A stretch of DNA of 48,012 bases from Actinomycetota bacterium (GTDB taxonomy: Bacteria; Actinomycetota; Acidimicrobiia; Acidimicrobiales; Iamiaceae), in NCBI GenBank assembly GCA_963169755.1, contig CAUJFC010000220.1, positions 1-48,012 of the forward strand. The letters are read 5' to 3'. Position numbers and translations under genes: made by a program. The stretch's first letter is position 1, and each line of letters begins with the position of its first letter. Below, piece by piece: positions 39,118-48,012 of this stretch. Below the pieces are notes generated by a model, which made no database searches, was not told where the DNA came from, and saw nothing but the letters and a program-made list of their open reading frames with translations.

Positions 39118-40562
39118 CTGAGCCTGGAAATCCCCCGAGTTCTGCTGATCGTTCAAAAACTGACCACGCTGAGCCCGATCGCGGGGTTTGGTCGCGGCTG
39201 TACCACGGCGAGACGGATTTCGACATTGTCGGTCGTTGGAAGCTGTGGTTCGCCGGCTCGACCTTGGTGATGGTCATCGGCCTGATTTCACTGGTGATCA
39301 GCGGCCTGAATCTGGGAATCGACTTCACCGGAGGAACCGTCTGGGAGGTTGCAGCCGGAAAAGCCAGCGTGGCCGAGGTCTCATCGGCCATGACAGATCT
39401 CGGTTACCAGGACGCCCAGGTCCAGGAGGTGACCCAGAACAGTGATGGTTCGACCAAACGCTTCCTTCGGGTGGAGGCGGCATCGCAAGCCGACCCGGAC
39501 CCGCAGACAACCAAGGCCCTGAACCGGGCGCGTTCTGGTCTCCGAAAGTTGGAGGACGCTGCACCAGCCGCGGTTCGGGGATCTCTGCGCGAGGTCCGCA
39601 ACGAACTCTCCGCGGTCTCCGGCCCATTCGAGGACCAGGTGCCCGATGCTCTGAAGGCGCTCCAAGCCGAACTCGATGCCCTGCCGGAAACCGTCGAGTC
39701 CAAGAAGACCGCGGACGACAAGGCGGCGGCATACCGGGCAGCAGCCCGCAAGATGACCACCTCGGTCGAGGACCTGATCGATCTGGAGGCCCAGGAACGC
39801 GCCCGCCTGTCCCAGGACGTGACCGATGTGCTCACCCGCCTCACCGGAACGCCCGAATCCGAAGTCACCATCGACACCGTTGGACCTTCATGGGGCAAGC
39901 AGATCTCAGAGAAGGCCCAGACCGCGCTGGTGGTCTTCTTGGCGGCCATCACGTTGTTCATCACCATCCGCTTCGAACTGAAGATGGCAATCGCCACCGT
40001 GGCGGCCCTGTTCCACGATCTGATCGTGGTGGTCGGCCTCTATTCCCTGTTCGCATTCCCGGTCACACCCGCCACCGTCATCGCCCTGCTGACCATGCTG
40101 GGCTTCTCCATCTATGACGGAATCGTCGTGTTCGACCGGGTCGACGAGAACACCCGGCTCATCTCGGGATCCAAAGCGCGGATGACCTACTCAGAGATGG
40201 CCAACATGTCACTCAACCAGGTGCTGATGCGCTCCATCAACACCTCGATAACCACCCTGCTGCCCATCGCTTCGGTGCTCCTGATCGGCGCATTCGCCCT
40301 GGGAGCATCGACGCTGGAGGAGTACGGCCTGGCCCTCTTCCTGGGTCTCATGTCGGGTGCCTACTCATCGCTGTTCATCGCCACCCCCGCGCTGGCGCTG
40401 CTCAAGGAAATGGAACCCCGCTACCGGGAGTTGCGTCAGTCGGTACAGGAGCGACGCTCACGAACCAGCGGAGGTCTGGGTGATGAGCAGACAGATCAGG
40501 CCGAACTCAATCCGCTGGCTCCAGGCTCCGCTCCCCGTGGGCGCCGTCGCAGCGGGCGCTGA
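39114..40562 (+). CDS. secF: Protein translocase subunit SecF with helical insertion
   Basis: LGIDFTGG, VGPSWG, IRFE, FHD, GFSIYDGIVVFDRVDEN, RSINTS, GAYSSLFIATP. Confidence 0.95.
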   Translation: MTEPGNPPSSADRSKTDHAEPDRGVWSRLYHGETDFDIVGRWKLWFAGSTLVMVIGLISLVISGLNLGIDFTGGTVWEVAAGKASVAEVSSAMTDLGYQDAQVQEVTQNSDGSTKRFLRVEAASQADPDPQTTKALNRARSGLRKLEDAAPAAVRGSLREVRNELSAVSGPFEDQVPDALKALQAELDALPETVESKKTADDKAAAYRAAARKMTTSVEDLIDLEAQERARLSQDVTDVLTRLTGTPESEVTIDTVGPSWGKQISEKAQTALVVFLAAITLFITIRFELKMAIATVAALFHDLIVVVGLYSLFAFPVTPATVIALLTMLGFSIYDGIVVFDRVDENTRLISGSKARMTYSEMANMSLNQVLMRSINTSITTLLPIASVLLIGAFALGASTLEEYGLALFLGLMSGAYSSLFIATPALALLKEMEPRYRELRQSVQERRSRTSGGLGDEQTDQAELNPLAPGSAPRGRRRSGR

Positions 40563-40638
40563 CCCCCAAGGCGCCATGGCCGGGACACCCCGGTTGCCCA
40601 CGATCGGCCGAGGGCCGGCGGATCCCTAGGCTGAAGTC

Positions 40639-42861
40639 ATGTCCACGGTGAGTCGGGTCCTTCCATGGCGTCGCACCAGCGCGCCCGCTTCGGTAGAGCT
40701 CGCACCGCTGCTGGCTGCCTTTCGACAGCACCACCCCAAATCGACCAGCGCCCTCATCAGTCAAGCCTACGAACTGGCGTCGAGCGCCCATACCGGCCAG
40801 ACCCGCCGCACTGGTGAGCCCTACATCCAGCATCCGTTGTCGGTTGCTCAGATCGTGGCCGATTTCGGTCTGGATGATGTCACCATCGCATCTGCCCTGC
40901 TGCACGACTCGGTGGAAGACACCGGGGTGAGCCTCGACGAGCTGGGTCGTAGATTCGGGGCCGACGTTGCCAGCATCGTCGACGGGGTCACCAAGCTCGA
41001 TCGTCTCCGATTCGACTCGAAGCAGGCGCAGCAGGCCGCCTCGATGCGAAAGATGCTGGTGGCCATGGCCAAAGACCTTCGGGTGCTGATGATCAAGCTG
41101 GCCGATCGATTGCACAACATGCGCACCCTCGGCGCCATGTCACCCGAGGCCCAGACCCGGATAGCTCGTGAAACCCTCGACGTGTATGCGCCTCTCGCTC
41201 ACCGGCTGGGTATGCAGGACCTCAAGCAACAACTCGAGGACCTGAGCTTCGCCACACTCCACCCCAAGCAGTACGCCGAGATCGACTACATGGTCGTCAC
41301 CCGTGCGCCGGAGCGCGAGATATATCTGGCCCAGGTACTGGAGGAGGTTCGTGAACGACTGAGCGAACTCGGAGTCGAAGCCGAGGTGAGTGGCCGCCCC
41401 AAACACCTCTGGAGCATCTACGAGAAGATGGTGGTCAAGGGCCGTCAGTTCGACGAGATCTTCGATCTGGTCGGGATCCGGGTGCTGGTCGAATCGGTCC
41501 GCGACTGCTACGCCGCTCTCGGGTCGATCCACAGCACGTGGCGGCCGGTGCAGGGACGGTTCAAGGACTACGTGGCCATGCCCAAGTTCAACCTCTACCA
41601 GTCGCTACACACCACCGTGGTTGGACCCCAGGGCAAGCCGCTAGAGGTCCAGCTGCGCACTCGTGAAATGCACCAGAGGGCCGAGTTCGGTGTGGCAGCC
41701 CATTTCGCCTACAAGATCGGTTCTCCCACCGACGAGCTGGCCTGGCTGAACCGAATCGTCGACTGGCAGAAGGAGACATCCGATCCCGCCCAGTTCATGG
41801 AGACCCTGAAGGTAGATCTCGAACAGGACGAGGTCTATGTCTTCACCCCCAAGGGACGGGTGGTCACCATGGCAAAGGGAGCCACCCCGATCGACTTCGC
41901 CTACGCCGTCCACACCGAGGTGGGCCACTCGTGCGTGGGAGCACGGGTCAACGGGAGACTGGTAGCCCTCAACCATCAACTCGCGTCGGGCGACACCTGC
42001 GAGATCTTCACGTCCAAAGTGGAGGGCACCGGGCCCAGCCGTGACTGGTTGCAGATCGTCAAGACCCCGCGGGCGGCCAACAAGATCCGTCAGTGGTTCT
42101 CTCGGGAACGCCGAGAGGATGCGCGCGAGTCGGGAAGAGAGGACCTTCAACGCCAACTACGACGAGAAGGACTCCCTACCCAGAAGCTGCCAGCGGCGGT
42201 CCTCAGCGAAGTCGCCACCGGCCTCAACTACGCCGATGTCGATGCCCTTTACACCGCCATCGGCGAGCACCACGTCTCGCCCCAGGCAGTGGCTGCCAGG
42301 ATCGCACGGGCTCTCCGCTCAGGTGACGGTCGCGAAGACCAGCTCCCGACCACCGTCAGCCGTCCACGTACCACTCGAGTCACACGGCCCGGAGCCGGTG
42401 TGCATGTGGAGGGACTCGATGACGTCATGGTCCGGCTGTCCCGCTGCTGCACGCCGGTTCCCGGCGACGAGATCATCGGGTTCGTCACCCGGGGAAGAGG
42501 AGTCTCGGTCCACCGGGCCGACTGCGCCAACGCCGGGTCACTGCGCGCCGACCAGAAGGACCGCCTGATCGAGGTGGAATGGGACGAGGATTTCTCGGGG
42601 GGCACCTTCGTGGCGTCCATCGAGGTCCGAGCCATCGATCGACCTCGTCTCCTGCGCGACGTCTCGAGCACGCTGGCGGACAATCACGTCAACATTCTCA
42701 CCTGTGCCATGACCACCGGAGGTGACCGCGTGGCATCCATGCGGTTCGACGTCGAGCTGGGCGACCCCTCTCATCTGAGCGTGGTGCTGGGATCAATTCG
42801 AGGAATCGAAGGGGTCTACGAGACCTATCGGGTACTTCCCGGATCCTCTAGGTCGGCGTGA
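40639..42861 (+). CDS. rel: Bifunctional (p)ppGpp synthetase/hydrolase
   Basis: GEPYIQHP, intact HDSVED, KLADRLHNMRT, RFKDY, YQSLHT, TGS and ACT domains. Confidence 0.97.
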   Translation: MSTVSRVLPWRRTSAPASVELAPLLAAFRQHHPKSTSALISQAYELASSAHTGQTRRTGEPYIQHPLSVAQIVADFGLDDVTIASALLHDSVEDTGVSLDELGRRFGADVASIVDGVTKLDRLRFDSKQAQQAASMRKMLVAMAKDLRVLMIKLADRLHNMRTLGAMSPEAQTRIARETLDVYAPLAHRLGMQDLKQQLEDLSFATLHPKQYAEIDYMVVTRAPEREIYLAQVLEEVRERLSELGVEAEVSGRPKHLWSIYEKMVVKGRQFDEIFDLVGIRVLVESVRDCYAALGSIHSTWRPVQGRFKDYVAMPKFNLYQSLHTTVVGPQGKPLEVQLRTREMHQRAEFGVAAHFAYKIGSPTDELAWLNRIVDWQKETSDPAQFMETLKVDLEQDEVYVFTPKGRVVTMAKGATPIDFAYAVHTEVGHSCVGARVNGRLVALNHQLASGDTCEIFTSKVEGTGPSRDWLQIVKTPRAANKIRQWFSRERREDARESGREDLQRQLRREGLPTQKLPAAVLSEVATGLNYADVDALYTAIGEHHVSPQAVAARIARALRSGDGREDQLPTTVSRPRTTRVTRPGAGVHVEGLDDVMVRLSRCCTPVPGDEIIGFVTRGRGVSVHRADCANAGSLRADQKDRLIEVEWDEDFSGGTFVASIEVRAIDRPRLLRDVSSTLADNHVNILTCAMTTGGDRVASMRFDVELGDPSHLSVVLGSIRGIEGVYETYRVLPGSSRSA

Positions 42862-42922
42862 CGGTGCAGCCTGGGAAGCCGGTTCGATAGCGCCGAGAAT
42901 CGACCGGTAGCGTTGGCCCCTC

Positions 42923-44233
42923 ATGGCCAGAGCGAAGTTCCAGGCCCCCAAGGGCACCCACGATGTGATGCCGCCCGAGTCGGCACGGTGGGAGGCCCTG
43001 CTGGCCGCCTATTCCTCGGTCGTGAGCCGGGCGGGCTACGGGCTGGTCCAGTCACCGCTGTTCGAGGAGATCGGGGTCTTCCAGCGCGACTCAGAAGGCG
43101 CCGATGCCGTCCGTAAGGAGATGTACGACTTCTCTGACAAGGGGGGCCGCCACATCGCTCTTCGTCCCGAAGGCACGGCCTCGGTGGTTCGGGCATTTGT
43201 GCAACACCAACCTCCGACGCCGTGGAAGGTGTGGTACGCGACACCGGCATTTCGCTACGAGAACGTTCAGGCGGGGCGTTACCGCCAACACCATCAGGTC
43301 GGGCTCGAGCTGTTGGGAGCCGCGGATCCTGACGCCGACGTCGAGGTGATCGCACTTGCGGCGGAGTTCCTGACGGCCCTGGGGCTGAGTGACGTGAAGC
43401 TCCAGATAAACACCATGGGCACTGTTGAGGATCGGCGACGCTACGTGGACGCCCTCAGAACATGGCTCGGTGACCGTCTGGATGCCCTGGCACCCGAGGA
43501 CCGAGAGAAGGCCCTGGTTCACCCCATGCGCGCTCTGGATTCCAAACGGCGCCAGACCCGGTCGGCCACTGTCGATGCACCACTGATCGGTGACCACCTG
43601 TCCGAAGCAAGTGTGGGCCACTTCGAGCGGGTTCTGGCCGGCCTCGACTCGCTGGGTATCGCCTACGACCTGGCTCCCCGGCTGGTTCGAGGATTCGACT
43701 ACTACACCCACACCACCTTCGAGTTCGTGCCGTCCGGGGTTGACAACGCTCAGGCCACCATCCTCGGTGGAGGTCGTTACGACGGTCTGATCGAAGAGTT
43801 GGGCGGCCCGCCGACGCCAGCGGTCGGTTTCGGCTCTGGGATCGAGCGGCTGTTGATCGCATGCGATGCCGAAGGCGTGTTCTCCGTCCGACAGGACCGG
43901 CTCGACGTGTTCGTGGTCGATGTCACCGGTGGCTCCCATGCCCGTGACATCACCGCGGCGCTGAGAGCGGTTGGGTTACGGGTCGACCGCTCCTTCGACA
44001 ACCGTGGCATGCGGGCCCAGATGAAGGCAGCCGATCGATCGGGCGCGGCCGTTGCGGTGATCATCGGTGACCGTGAGGCGGAATCGGCCAGCGCGGCGGT
44101 TCGGCCCCTTCGCCAGCACTTCGGCGCCGAGCAGGCCATAGTCCCCTTGACCTCTCTGGTTGATCACCTGACCCGCGTACTCGCTCCGATCAGGACCGAC
44201 CCCACCACGAATACCGAACTGGAGAATCTGTGA
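42923..44233 (+). CDS. hisS: Histidine--tRNA ligase
   Basis: KGTHD, KEMY, LRPEGTA, RYE..QAGRYRQ, LVRGFDYY, GGGRYDGL. Confidence 0.97.
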   Translation: MARAKFQAPKGTHDVMPPESARWEALLAAYSSVVSRAGYGLVQSPLFEEIGVFQRDSEGADAVRKEMYDFSDKGGRHIALRPEGTASVVRAFVQHQPPTPWKVWYATPAFRYENVQAGRYRQHHQVGLELLGAADPDADVEVIALAAEFLTALGLSDVKLQINTMGTVEDRRRYVDALRTWLGDRLDALAPEDREKALVHPMRALDSKRRQTRSATVDAPLIGDHLSEASVGHFERVLAGLDSLGIAYDLAPRLVRGFDYYTHTTFEFVPSGVDNAQATILGGGRYDGLIEELGGPPTPAVGFGSGIERLLIACDAEGVFSVRQDRLDVFVVDVTGGSHARDITAALRAVGLRVDRSFDNRGMRAQMKAADRSGAAVAVIIGDREAESASAAVRPLRQHFGAEQAIVPLTSLVDHLTRVLAPIRTDPTTNTELENL

Positions 44234-45972
44234 GCCAGGCAGCCGGACTGCGCACCCACTACAACGGAGAACTCCGCGTCGACCACGTCGACCAGGAGGT
44301 GGCTGTGGTCGGCTGGGTGGCCAAACGGCGCGACCACGGCGAGCATCTCGCGTTTGTCGACCTACGCGATCACACCGGTGTCATCCAGTGCGTGATCCCC
44401 GGTTCGGTTGACGTTCGCAGCGAGTACGTCCTGCGCGTGACAGGCACGGTTCGCCACCGGCTGGAGGGAACGGTCAACGACAAGTTGGCCACCGGAGAAA
44501 TCGAACTCCAAGAGTGCAAGGTCGAGGTCCTTTCGGCGGCTGAGCCACCTCCGTTTCCACTCGACGGTCGAGCCGATGACGTCGACGAGATGGTTCGACT
44601 GCGCTACCGGTACCTCGACCTTCGTCGCGATCGGATGCAGCGCAACATCCGCATCCGGGCCCGAGTCAATTCAGCCATCAGACGAGCCATGGAGGATCAG
44701 GGCTTCATCGAGGTGGAGACCCCGATGCTCATGCCGTCCACGCCCGAGGGTGCACGCGAGTTCCTGGTACCGAGTCGGCAGCGACCGGGGGAGTTCTACG
44801 CTCTGCCCCAGAGCCCACAGCTCTACAAGCAGTTGCTGATGGTCGGAGGTACCGACCGGTACTTCCAGATCGCCCGCTGTCTCCGCGATGAGGACCTGCG
44901 GGCCGACCGGCAGTACGAGTTCATGCAGCTCGATGCTGAAGCCAGCTTCGTCAGCCAGGAAGATGTCCTGGGGTTCATCTCCGAGGCGGTGATGGCCGCC
45001 GCTGAGGCGGTGACCGGCGAGCGTCCACCCGCAATCGAGCAGATCACCTGGCACGAAGCCATGGACCGGTTCGGAATCGACAAGCCCGATCTCAGGTTCG
45101 GCATGGAGCTGGTCGAACTGACGCCGATCTTTGCTTCCACTGGCTTCAATGCCTTCAAAGCCCCGAGTATCAAGGGCATTCGGGTAGCCGGAGCGGCAGG
45201 GGAGTGGGGGCGCAATCGCCTCGATGCCCTGACCGAACGGGCCAAGGGCCTCGGTGCCAAGGGGCTGGTTTGGATGAAGGTCGATGACTCTGGCGAGTTG
45301 ACCTCGCCGGTCGCGAAGTTCTTGAGCGATGAAGAGCGCGTCAGCTTGGTGTCCACCTTCGGGGCCGAAACGGGTGATCTGCTCCTGATCGTGGCTGACG
45401 AATGGCACAGGACCTGCGAGGTGCTCGGGACCCTCCGTAACGACATCGGCCGTCCGCCGGTCCACGAGGGCCCGTACCGGTACGTGTGGGTCGTCGATTT
45501 CCCGATGTTCGTCGGAACCGACGAGGCAGGAAATCCCCGACCGGGTCACCACCCCTTCACTCATCCCCACCCCGAGGATCTGGACCGCCTGGAATCAGAT
45601 CCGATGTCGGTGAGGTCACTGGCCTACGACTTGGTACTGAACGGTTGGGAGCTGGGGTCAGGGTCGATTCGGATCCACGAGCCCGAGCTTCAGGGTCGGG
45701 TGTTCAGGCTGTTGGGTATCTCCGAAGAGGAAGCCGATCGTAGGTTCGGGTTCTTCCTCACCCCGTTCCGATTCGGAGCCCCTCCTCACGGCGGGTTCGC
45801 CTTCGGTATCGACCGCCTCACTGCCATTCTCGCAGTAGAAGAGAACATCCGTGAGGTGATCGCGTTCCCCAAGCCGCAATCAGGCGTGGATCCGATGACT
45901 GGGGCACCGACTGCGGTGGAGCCTGCCCAGGTAGCCGACCTGGGACTGCGGGTTCTGCCCAGGGCAACCTGA
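44230..45972 (+). CDS. aspS: Aspartate--tRNA ligase (probably non-discriminating)
   Basis: RYRYLDLRR, STPEGAR, LPQSPQLYKQ, DLRADRQYEF, HHPFT, GAPPHGG. Confidence 0.97.
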   Translation: MSQAAGLRTHYNGELRVDHVDQEVAVVGWVAKRRDHGEHLAFVDLRDHTGVIQCVIPGSVDVRSEYVLRVTGTVRHRLEGTVNDKLATGEIELQECKVEVLSAAEPPPFPLDGRADDVDEMVRLRYRYLDLRRDRMQRNIRIRARVNSAIRRAMEDQGFIEVETPMLMPSTPEGAREFLVPSRQRPGEFYALPQSPQLYKQLLMVGGTDRYFQIARCLRDEDLRADRQYEFMQLDAEASFVSQEDVLGFISEAVMAAAEAVTGERPPAIEQITWHEAMDRFGIDKPDLRFGMELVELTPIFASTGFNAFKAPSIKGIRVAGAAGEWGRNRLDALTERAKGLGAKGLVWMKVDDSGELTSPVAKFLSDEERVSLVSTFGAETGDLLLIVADEWHRTCEVLGTLRNDIGRPPVHEGPYRYVWVVDFPMFVGTDEAGNPRPGHHPFTHPHPEDLDRLESDPMSVRSLAYDLVLNGWELGSGSIRIHEPELQGRVFRLLGISEEEADRRFGFFLTPFRFGAPPHGGFAFGIDRLTAILAVEENIREVIAFPKPQSGVDPMTGAPTAVEPAQVADLGLRVLPRAT

Positions 45973-46021
45973 AGGTGACGGCACACCCTTAGCTCCAGAC
46001 CTCCAGCAGTAGGGTGAACCG

Positions 46022-46510
46022 GTGCAGTTGGGGATCAGACGTCGGAGCACCGTCGAAGATCTTTCAGTTCCCCGCGCCGGTGACCGGTTCGGTTCCTACT
46101 ACGACCCCGAGGGCTTCGGGCGCTTCAGCGAGCGGATCGCCCACACCATCGGAACCGCACGGTTCCTGGTTGTCCAGACGGTGGTGGTGGTGGCGTGGGT
46201 GCTGTGGAACACCACCGTCCCCGACGGCTGGCGTATCGATGCCTTTCCATTCATCCTTCTCAATCTGGCCTTCAGCACCCAGGCCGCCTATGCCGCCCCG
46301 CTGATACTGCTGGCCGAGACCCGCCAGGCCGATCGTGACCGGGCGGAAGCCTCCGAGGATCGCCGCCGAGCGGCCGAGGTGAAGGCCGATCTCGATTACC
46401 TGGCCCGGGAGTTGGCCAGCCTGCGAATCAGGGTGGCGGACTCGGCCGACATCGCCCGTATCGAGTCCAAACTGGATCGGCTGCTGGCCGCCCTGGACGA
46501 ATCCAAATAG
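46022..46510 (+). CDS. DUF1003 membrane protein
   Basis: DAFPFILLNLAFSTQAAYAAPLILLAETRQADRDR. Confidence 0.88.
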   Translation: MQLGIRRRSTVEDLSVPRAGDRFGSYYDPEGFGRFSERIAHTIGTARFLVVQTVVVVAWVLWNTTVPDGWRIDAFPFILLNLAFSTQAAYAAPLILLAETRQADRDRAEASEDRRRAAEVKADLDYLARELASLRIRVADSADIARIESKLDRLLAALDESK

Positions 46511-46563
46511 CGGCTCCTCCGGTCTCGATTGGTTCCCCGATCAAGGCTGGATCGCGAAGGACC

Positions 46564-46650
46564 CGAGCGGACAGGTACAGCCCTCGTCGCTGCCAGGTTG
46601 GAAAGACCTCGGCTTCGCCTCGGTTCAACCACGCCGTGCTTGTCTGGTCG
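46564..46650. repeat. Structured intergenic repeat, copy B (inverted relative to copy A)
   Basis: Exact core CTCGGCTTCGCCTCGGTTCA at 46608-46627; outer arms 46564-46578/46636-46650. Confidence 0.8.
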
Positions 46651-46669
46651 GTGCGCCTGTCGGCGCACC
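46650..46669. terminator. GC hairpin between convergent genes
   Basis: GGTGCGCC-TGTC-GGCGCACC, perfect 8-bp stem, 20 nt from the phospholipase stop codon. Confidence 0.45.
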
Positions 46670-46689
46670 TCCTGAGCCGTCAGTCTCGG

Positions 46690-48012
46690 TCAACTCGCCC
46701 AGTCCTTGGCCATGAGGCTGGGTGACGGAGTGAATCCCACCCGTTCGAAGTAGCCCTCGTCGAGGGCCTGCTCGAAGGCGTGCTTCTGGTAGCCGGCCGG
46801 AATGGCGCGCTCCACCGCTCCCGACGGCTCCGCTCCTTCGGCTGCGCACTCTGCGGATGGATCATCAACCGCGACATCGAGATCGAACCCGACATCCGGG
46901 GTCGCTACCTCGACCAGCGACATGCCGATGTTGTTCGACCAACGGTCCCGAAGGGTGAGCCACCACTGGGGCCCGCCTTCATCGGGCCCCATGGGTGGAG
47001 CCCCCAGAAAGCGCCATTCCAAGAACCTCAGAATTGACGCATGGTTGTAGGTTTCGTGATCGACCGCACCGACCTGGCTGTAGGGGCTGGCCAGAATGGT
47101 CGGCACGCGAAAACCCGCCCGTGAGAAGTCGTTGACGTCGTCATAGCTGAATCGGTCGTCGACGAAGCGCGCTGGGGCGACGTGATCGAAGAATCCGCCC
47201 CATTCGTCGTAGGTGAGGATGAACAGACCGTTCTCCCAGTGAGGGGATTGGGCAAAGGCCTTGAAGGCATCTCGTACGAACGCTTCTCCCGCCCGTATGT
47301 CGGCATGGGGGTGGTTGTCGGTCCGCGATCCCGTGAGGAACCCAGGATCCAAGAAGGTCACGTTAGGGAGGGTTCCCGCCGCGCACCGCGTGAAGTAGTC
47401 GTCGATCGGGGCGTTGAACGATGACAGGCGGGAACCGAACAAGGCAGTGACCGGCAGATCCACATAGAAGTACCCGGCCGGTACCGACGCCGCCGCCAAC
47501 TTCTCCCAGATGGTGGGCCACGAGAACCCACCTTCATTGATGGGCAGGTAGTTGTTCTTGTAGCCCCCCGACTGGCCGGAGTGGAGATACAAGCGGTTGG
47601 GGTAGGTGGGGCCCAGAACCGAGGCGAATGAGTTGTCGCAAACCGTGAAACGACGGGCCAGGCGGCTGGTGAACGGCACGTCGTCAGCCAAGTAGTAGCC
47701 GATGGCGAACGGATCATTGCCTGATCCAGTGGCCAGGAATCCTCCGTCGCGTTGGCTCCGCCCGTGGTTCCAGCCGTGACCGGGATCGGGGTGGTCACAC
47801 CCCCGCCACGGGTTGCCGTCAGCGAGGTAGTCGAGCATGTGGGCGGTGTCGTGCGCGACGCCGTCGGGATCCAGGTAGGTCTGATTGGGTGAGCCATTGA
47901 CCATGACCCCCGGGCCGTACCGGGTGTAGGCGTTGTCGAGCCACTCGTCGTCTGATCCGAGCCAGCCGAGCCAGTGGTCGAAAGACCGGTTCTCCATCAT
48001 CAACACCACGAC
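46690..48012 (-). CDS. Phospholipase C / phosphoesterase family protein, 5' end beyond window
   Basis: VVLMMENRSFDH, GPTYPNR, DNHPH, TYDEWGGFFDHV, GFRVP. Confidence 0.9.
   Translation of the reverse strand, partial: VVVLMMENRSFDHWLGWLGSDDEWLDNAYTRYGPGVMVNGSPNQTYLDPDGVAHDTAHMLDYLADGNPWRGCDHPDPGHGWNHGRSQRDGGFLATGSGNDPFAIGYYLADDVPFTSRLARRFTVCDNSFASVLGPTYPNRLYLHSGQSGGYKNNYLPINEGGFSWPTIWEKLAAASVPAGYFYVDLPVTALFGSRLSSFNAPIDDYFTRCAAGTLPNVTFLDPGFLTGSRTDNHPHADIRAGEAFVRDAFKAFAQSPHWENGLFILTYDEWGGFFDHVAPARFVDDRFSYDDVNDFSRAGFRVPTILASPYSQVGAVDHETYNHASILRFLEWRFLGAPPMGPDEGGPQWWLTLRDRWSNNIGMSLVEVATPDVGFDLDVAVDDPSAECAAEGAEPSGAVERAIPAGYQKHAFEQALDEGYFERVGFTPSPSLMAKDWAS

Noticed and set aside
40563-40638. No apt gene between secF and rel
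   Set aside because: Ordinary gene-order variation; no remnant visible.

Overview
High-GC (Actinomycetota-type; gene content and order suggest Acidimicrobiia, which is an inference) chromosomal housekeeping region with no phage, IS, CRISPR, tRNA or rRNA that I can see. Left to right: a Chloroflexus-type malyl-CoA/citramalyl-CoA lyase cut by the window edge (missed by the ORF track); a large DUF11-repeat lipoprotein; two convergent acyl-CoA dehydrogenases; a TPP riboswitch heading a thiN-ykoF-thiXYZ-like salvage operon; SRPBCC, glgX, an ABC ATPase, npdG-mshC and plsC; the conserved thrS-HIT-pgsA-patA-pimA (PIM) cluster; an inserted lemA-htpX-DUF3048 module; pdxST, yebC and a peroxiredoxin; an inserted GT-C glycosyltransferase plus ABC exporter; then ruvCAB-queA-tgt-yajC-secD-secF-rel-hisS-aspS, DUF1003 and a partial phospholipase C. 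Most notable observations: (1) a ~90-nt structured intergenic element present twice, inverted, ~27 kb apart, with compensatory base changes and a GCGAAGC/tandem-GA hairpin core; (2) thiamine pyrophosphokinase as first gene under a TPP riboswitch; (3) an HtpX that seems to lack its third zinc ligand; (4) large insertions in SecD and SecF; (5) a perfect operator palindrome at an ACAD promoter and a LexA-like box over the ruvC start; (6) many apparent leaderless starts. All calls are from motif recognition by eye; no database searches were run.
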